From the NCBI GenBank assembly GCA_963693365.1, contig CAVNZM010000009.1, positions 1,800,231 to 1,864,230 on the forward strand: 64,000 nt of DNA. The letters are read 5' to 3'. The notes under the pieces were generated by a model. The model was not told the DNA's origin. It ran no database searches and saw only the letters and a list, made by a program, of their open reading frames with translations. Source of the DNA: Amoebidium appalachense (lineage: Eukaryota > Protista > Ichthyosporea). Below, piece after piece: positions 58,427-64,000 of this stretch. The first letter of the stretch is position 1. Each line of letters begins with the position of its first letter. The translations under genes and the position numbers were made by a program.

Positions 58427-58468
58427 CAAACACAAACATTTACGCCGTTATGAGAAATGACTCTGGGT

Positions 58469-58500
<32 letters not shown>

Positions 58501-58749
58501 ACACCCACCCACCCACCCCTCCTTCCCTCTCCACCCCCCCGTCTCCCTCACCCTCCCTCCCTTCTTCCCCCTTCTCCCCCCCCCCCCCCCCCCCCCCGCC
58601 CAACCCCTACCCCCCCCCCCCCCCCCCCGGCCCCCACCCCCCAGGATGCCCCCCTCCGCCCCATGCCTCCCTCCACTTAAAATCTCTAAAATGATTTTGT
58701 GTGCAAAATTTGCATTGTGTTACCAGTTAGCGTACTCTGCTAAGCATTT

Positions 58750-58786
<37 letters not shown>

Positions 58787-61700
58787 CCCTTCCACACACA
58801 CACATTCAGATCAGGCCCAGAATATTTAGAAATCAGAACTTCACATCGTTGAACACTATACCTGGCTTTTTCTCTGAGAGTTTGAGGTGAGGGTGCAGCA
58901 CAGGCATTGCCCGATGCAAAAACTCCTTCGACGAGATCCCCCCCCTGCCCCCCCCCCCCCCCCCCCCCCCTCCCCCCCCCCCCTCCCCCCCCCCGCCCTC
59001 CCCCTCCTTGCCCGCCCATACCGACCCCACCCGTCAGTCTTTTCCCCACCACCCTCCCCCCCGTACCCCCCCCGCCCTCTCCCCCACCCCCTGCAAGAAA
59101 AGTGCTGACTTACGGCAAAAGTCCCTACTATTCTCGCCTGACTAGCAGAGTGTACACACTACAACTAACACGTACCTGGGCACACATGCATATGAATGAG
59201 AGTATACGTGGGTGATCAGGCCACTAAACTAACAGACATAAACACGTGCAGAGTGGTGCTGGGCAATGCACGATGCCACAGCACTAACAGAGAGGGTAGT
59301 GTTGGCGGCGCGGGCCCGGACCCGGCCCGGCCCGCCGTTCTACACGCTGAACCCTTGTTAGCCCCAAAAAGTGACCTTTAGATCCATGCGCAGCTGCCTT
59401 ATATAGTACGATCTGAAACTTTTGTCCAATGAAAATCGTTATCGCTCCCAATTTGGAAAGTGACTCTCGGGCCAAAAAGCTACCTAATCGGATCGCTAAA
59501 ACGGTTTGGGTCTCTGCACGGTAGCATACCCGTGACTACTGAACCGGCCCGTATGAAAGGGATAGATATACGCGGCAGCGTTTTGATTCCTTTGCCAACT
59601 TCAGGCCGAGTGAAGGGAGTACTTGCTTGTGTACTTACCCCCCCCCAAATGAAAATTTTTGTGTTTTTCAATTTAAAGGTTTGGGCATTTCAGGGGCTGA
59701 ACATTAGCATATATATGAATGACAGTGTATGCGCGCAGCGTGCATGCTTTGGTGTCATCGATTGCATGATCATGAACATATATCCGGGTGCTGGAAAACG
59801 CAGTAGGCCGTCGAATGTGGCTGGGCCTCCGGCAGTGTCCACGCAATAAAAAGTGTGTAAACCCCCCCTTTATTTTGTTGTCAAAAAAAAGCATAAGCTA
59901 TCTCTAATATATAGTAAGCTATGAAGCCCAAATACGGAACGACACCCCTCAAACAACAGTTCTTTCCATCAAAGAGCACCCCTATTTCTGGTGTTATCTC
60001 TGATCCACACCCGCGCCGCTATCTGCATGCGGAGCTTATGCCCCAGTGGAGAGGTAGAAACACAGTTGCATGTTCTGTCAATCTACATCTGATTTATTGT
60101 GCTCGATTCTCACCTATTTATCTGCCGCAGGCAGATTCCATGAATACAAATCTATCCAAAGGTATTTGCGCATCTGATTGGCAAATACTATGAATACTAT
60201 AACTTTGACCAATCATATAACGACACGTACATGAACGGAAATCAAACTGCATTCCCCTCATACGGTCCAACAGAAGACAAACCCGACCACACAGAAAACA
60301 TGAAAAGCATGCACAACAATCGTCGGATGCGTGCTTTCTTCTCGCTATCGCCAATAGCTAAACAAACTACGAATACCACACGTGCCTAATGAATAACAGA
60401 GGGCAAACAAGAGCATGCCGGACATGCTTATGAAAGATCAATAAAGCACAAATAAACGATCGTACCTATAGACTATGTATGCTATGTGCTCGTGCAACCT
60501 GTGTAAACCAAAGATGTGCAACTAATGAAGAATCGTGCTGTGCACGTGCGTGCGAAATGCATATGCCAACTCGTGCACTATTGTTGTATATTCTGACACA
60601 CCCTCCCCACCCAAACACACACACCCCACCATCACCTTCTCTCCTTCTTTCCCAACAACAATTTTTCCCATCCCGACCCTACCCACCACTAGAGCCAGCG
60701 CTGAAACGCACACATATACACACCTGTGCACAGAATACCTTTGTGGAAGATTGTGCATTGTTGCAATTTGAATGCAGTTTTGCAATGTGATCCCGTTGCT
60801 TTTGTGCTGATAGGTACGCATGCACATGTGTGGAGGGAATTCGGGAGGGCGGGTGGGGAGGGGGCGGGGGGAGGGAGGGAGGGGGAAGAGGGGAAGATAT
60901 ATCATATATCACAACAGGATGCCGTTCAAAGTTCCCGTCCAGGTACTTGGTTGATTGTAGAGGCTAGTTACTTAGAGCGTTTTTATTTGCCAGCCTCCTC
61001 GTGGCCATCGTCTTGCTCACTCCCACACATGTGTGTCCTGACGTCCTGACACACGTGAAAGGATAAATGCTAATCGACACGTGCGCAGGTTTGTCCAAGC
61101 ACATGCGCGCACAGGCGCATGCGTGTGTACACACACATAAACACACACACAATCACACACGCACACACGCACACGCACACAGCACAGATGCACACACACA
61201 CAGACACGCACGTACGCACGTACGCGCACACGCGCACACACACACACACACACACACGCACACCCAAACACAGTCACGCAGACACTCGGGCACGCACAAG
61301 CACACACGCACTTACACCCACACGCCATGAACACACACATACAAAACACGCACACAACACACACACAACACACACACACAACACACACACCATAAATGAA
61401 AGAACGATGAATGCCACCAGTACTCATATTGTTTGTGTTGATGGCGTTTACCTTGATCATAGACCTAGAATTGGTGGGTTGAGTTTTGGTGGGCTGGAAC
61501 TTATGTTCTCAGTAATTTATCTGTGGCCATGGCAGTGTGTGTTTCTTTCTGTTCAATTAAATCATTGAGTAAGGAAACATAGGGACGAGGGATTGTTAAA
61601 GTTTCAAAGGATTGTGATAGAAGACCCATCAAAGAGCAAAACTAAACCTGTTAAAACATGTGGTTGGCTTGGGGGGAGGGGGAGGGGGGGTCCCTGAAGA

Positions 61701-61949
61701 ACTGGGAGGGGGGGGGGGGGTGGTGGGGGGGGGGGGGGGGGGGGGGGTAGGGGTGGGGGGGTAGCAGGAGGAGGTCTATTAGAACATTGCTAACAACTGA
61801 CTTCAAGATTTTCCATCATGATACACAAAACTGAATGTAAGAGGGAATATGAGAGGGGAGAGTACCTCAAAGATTTAAAGGATCGGAATCGAAAGTCATT
61901 CAAAATGGAAACTAAACGGTCCCAACGGTGTTATTGGATGGGGTTGGCT
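58427..61949 (+). repeat. Copy B of the ~3 kb diverged repeat, with a private ~1.5 kb segment at about 59110-60590
   Basis: Same blocks in the same order and orientation as 48414-51169. Confidence 0.88.
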
Positions 61950-62125
61950 ATAGGGGCTGGTCAGGTGTCACAGGGAATTTTTGCACCGGGGAATTTTTGC
62001 ACTGACACTGGTACCATGATTCAGGGAATTTTTGCACCGGTCCTCCCCCCCCATCCCCCCCCTCCCCTCCCCCTCCCCCCCCCCCCCCCCCCCCCCCCCC
62101 CTGCCCCCTCGCCCCCAACAAACCG

Positions 62126-62231
<106 letters not shown>

Positions 62232-62233
62232 GT

Positions 62234-62308
<75 letters not shown>

Positions 62309-62326
62309 ACACACAGTATACACGTA

Positions 62327-63919
<1,593 letters not shown>

Positions 63920-64000
63920 TACATAAAACACTACTGCTGATTTACATCATAGACTCATTCATTCATAGTATCCGATTTTCATACTTTATCCCCCAGGACG

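Overview
Eukaryotic genomic DNA from an intron-rich organism (probably a unicellular opisthokont-like lineage; this is inference only). Introns and intergenic DNA are saturated with poly-G/poly-C runs and (TG)n/(CA)n microsatellites, so most ORFs in the track (HTHT, VCVC, PPPP, GGGG) are artefacts. Real content: MCM5 (minus, 15 exons, 1969-11954); VPS35L/C16orf62 (minus, about 27 exons, 14024-35138); an apparently intact two-ORF APE-RT non-LTR retrotransposon (about 35774-40309) with poly(A) tail and a candidate 8-bp TSD; a two-exon GT10 alpha-1,3-fucosyltransferase-like gene (44515-47483); an intronless-CDS POT/PTR2 peptide transporter (52161-53963) lying between two diverged direct copies of a roughly 3 kb repeat; several MITE/TIR elements; and a short intronic repeat family. 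Main unexplained patterns: (1) about two thirds of introns have a long sense-strand poly-C tract starting within about 30 nt of an often degenerate GT donor, and several acceptors are fused to (CA)n instead of a pyrimidine tract; (2) the LINE carries a (CA)n array in its 3' UTR; (3) a 1.6 kb TA-flanked TIR element carries a non-transposase ORF; (4) three frame breaks in conserved exons, each at or near a G/C homopolymer and most likely assembly errors.
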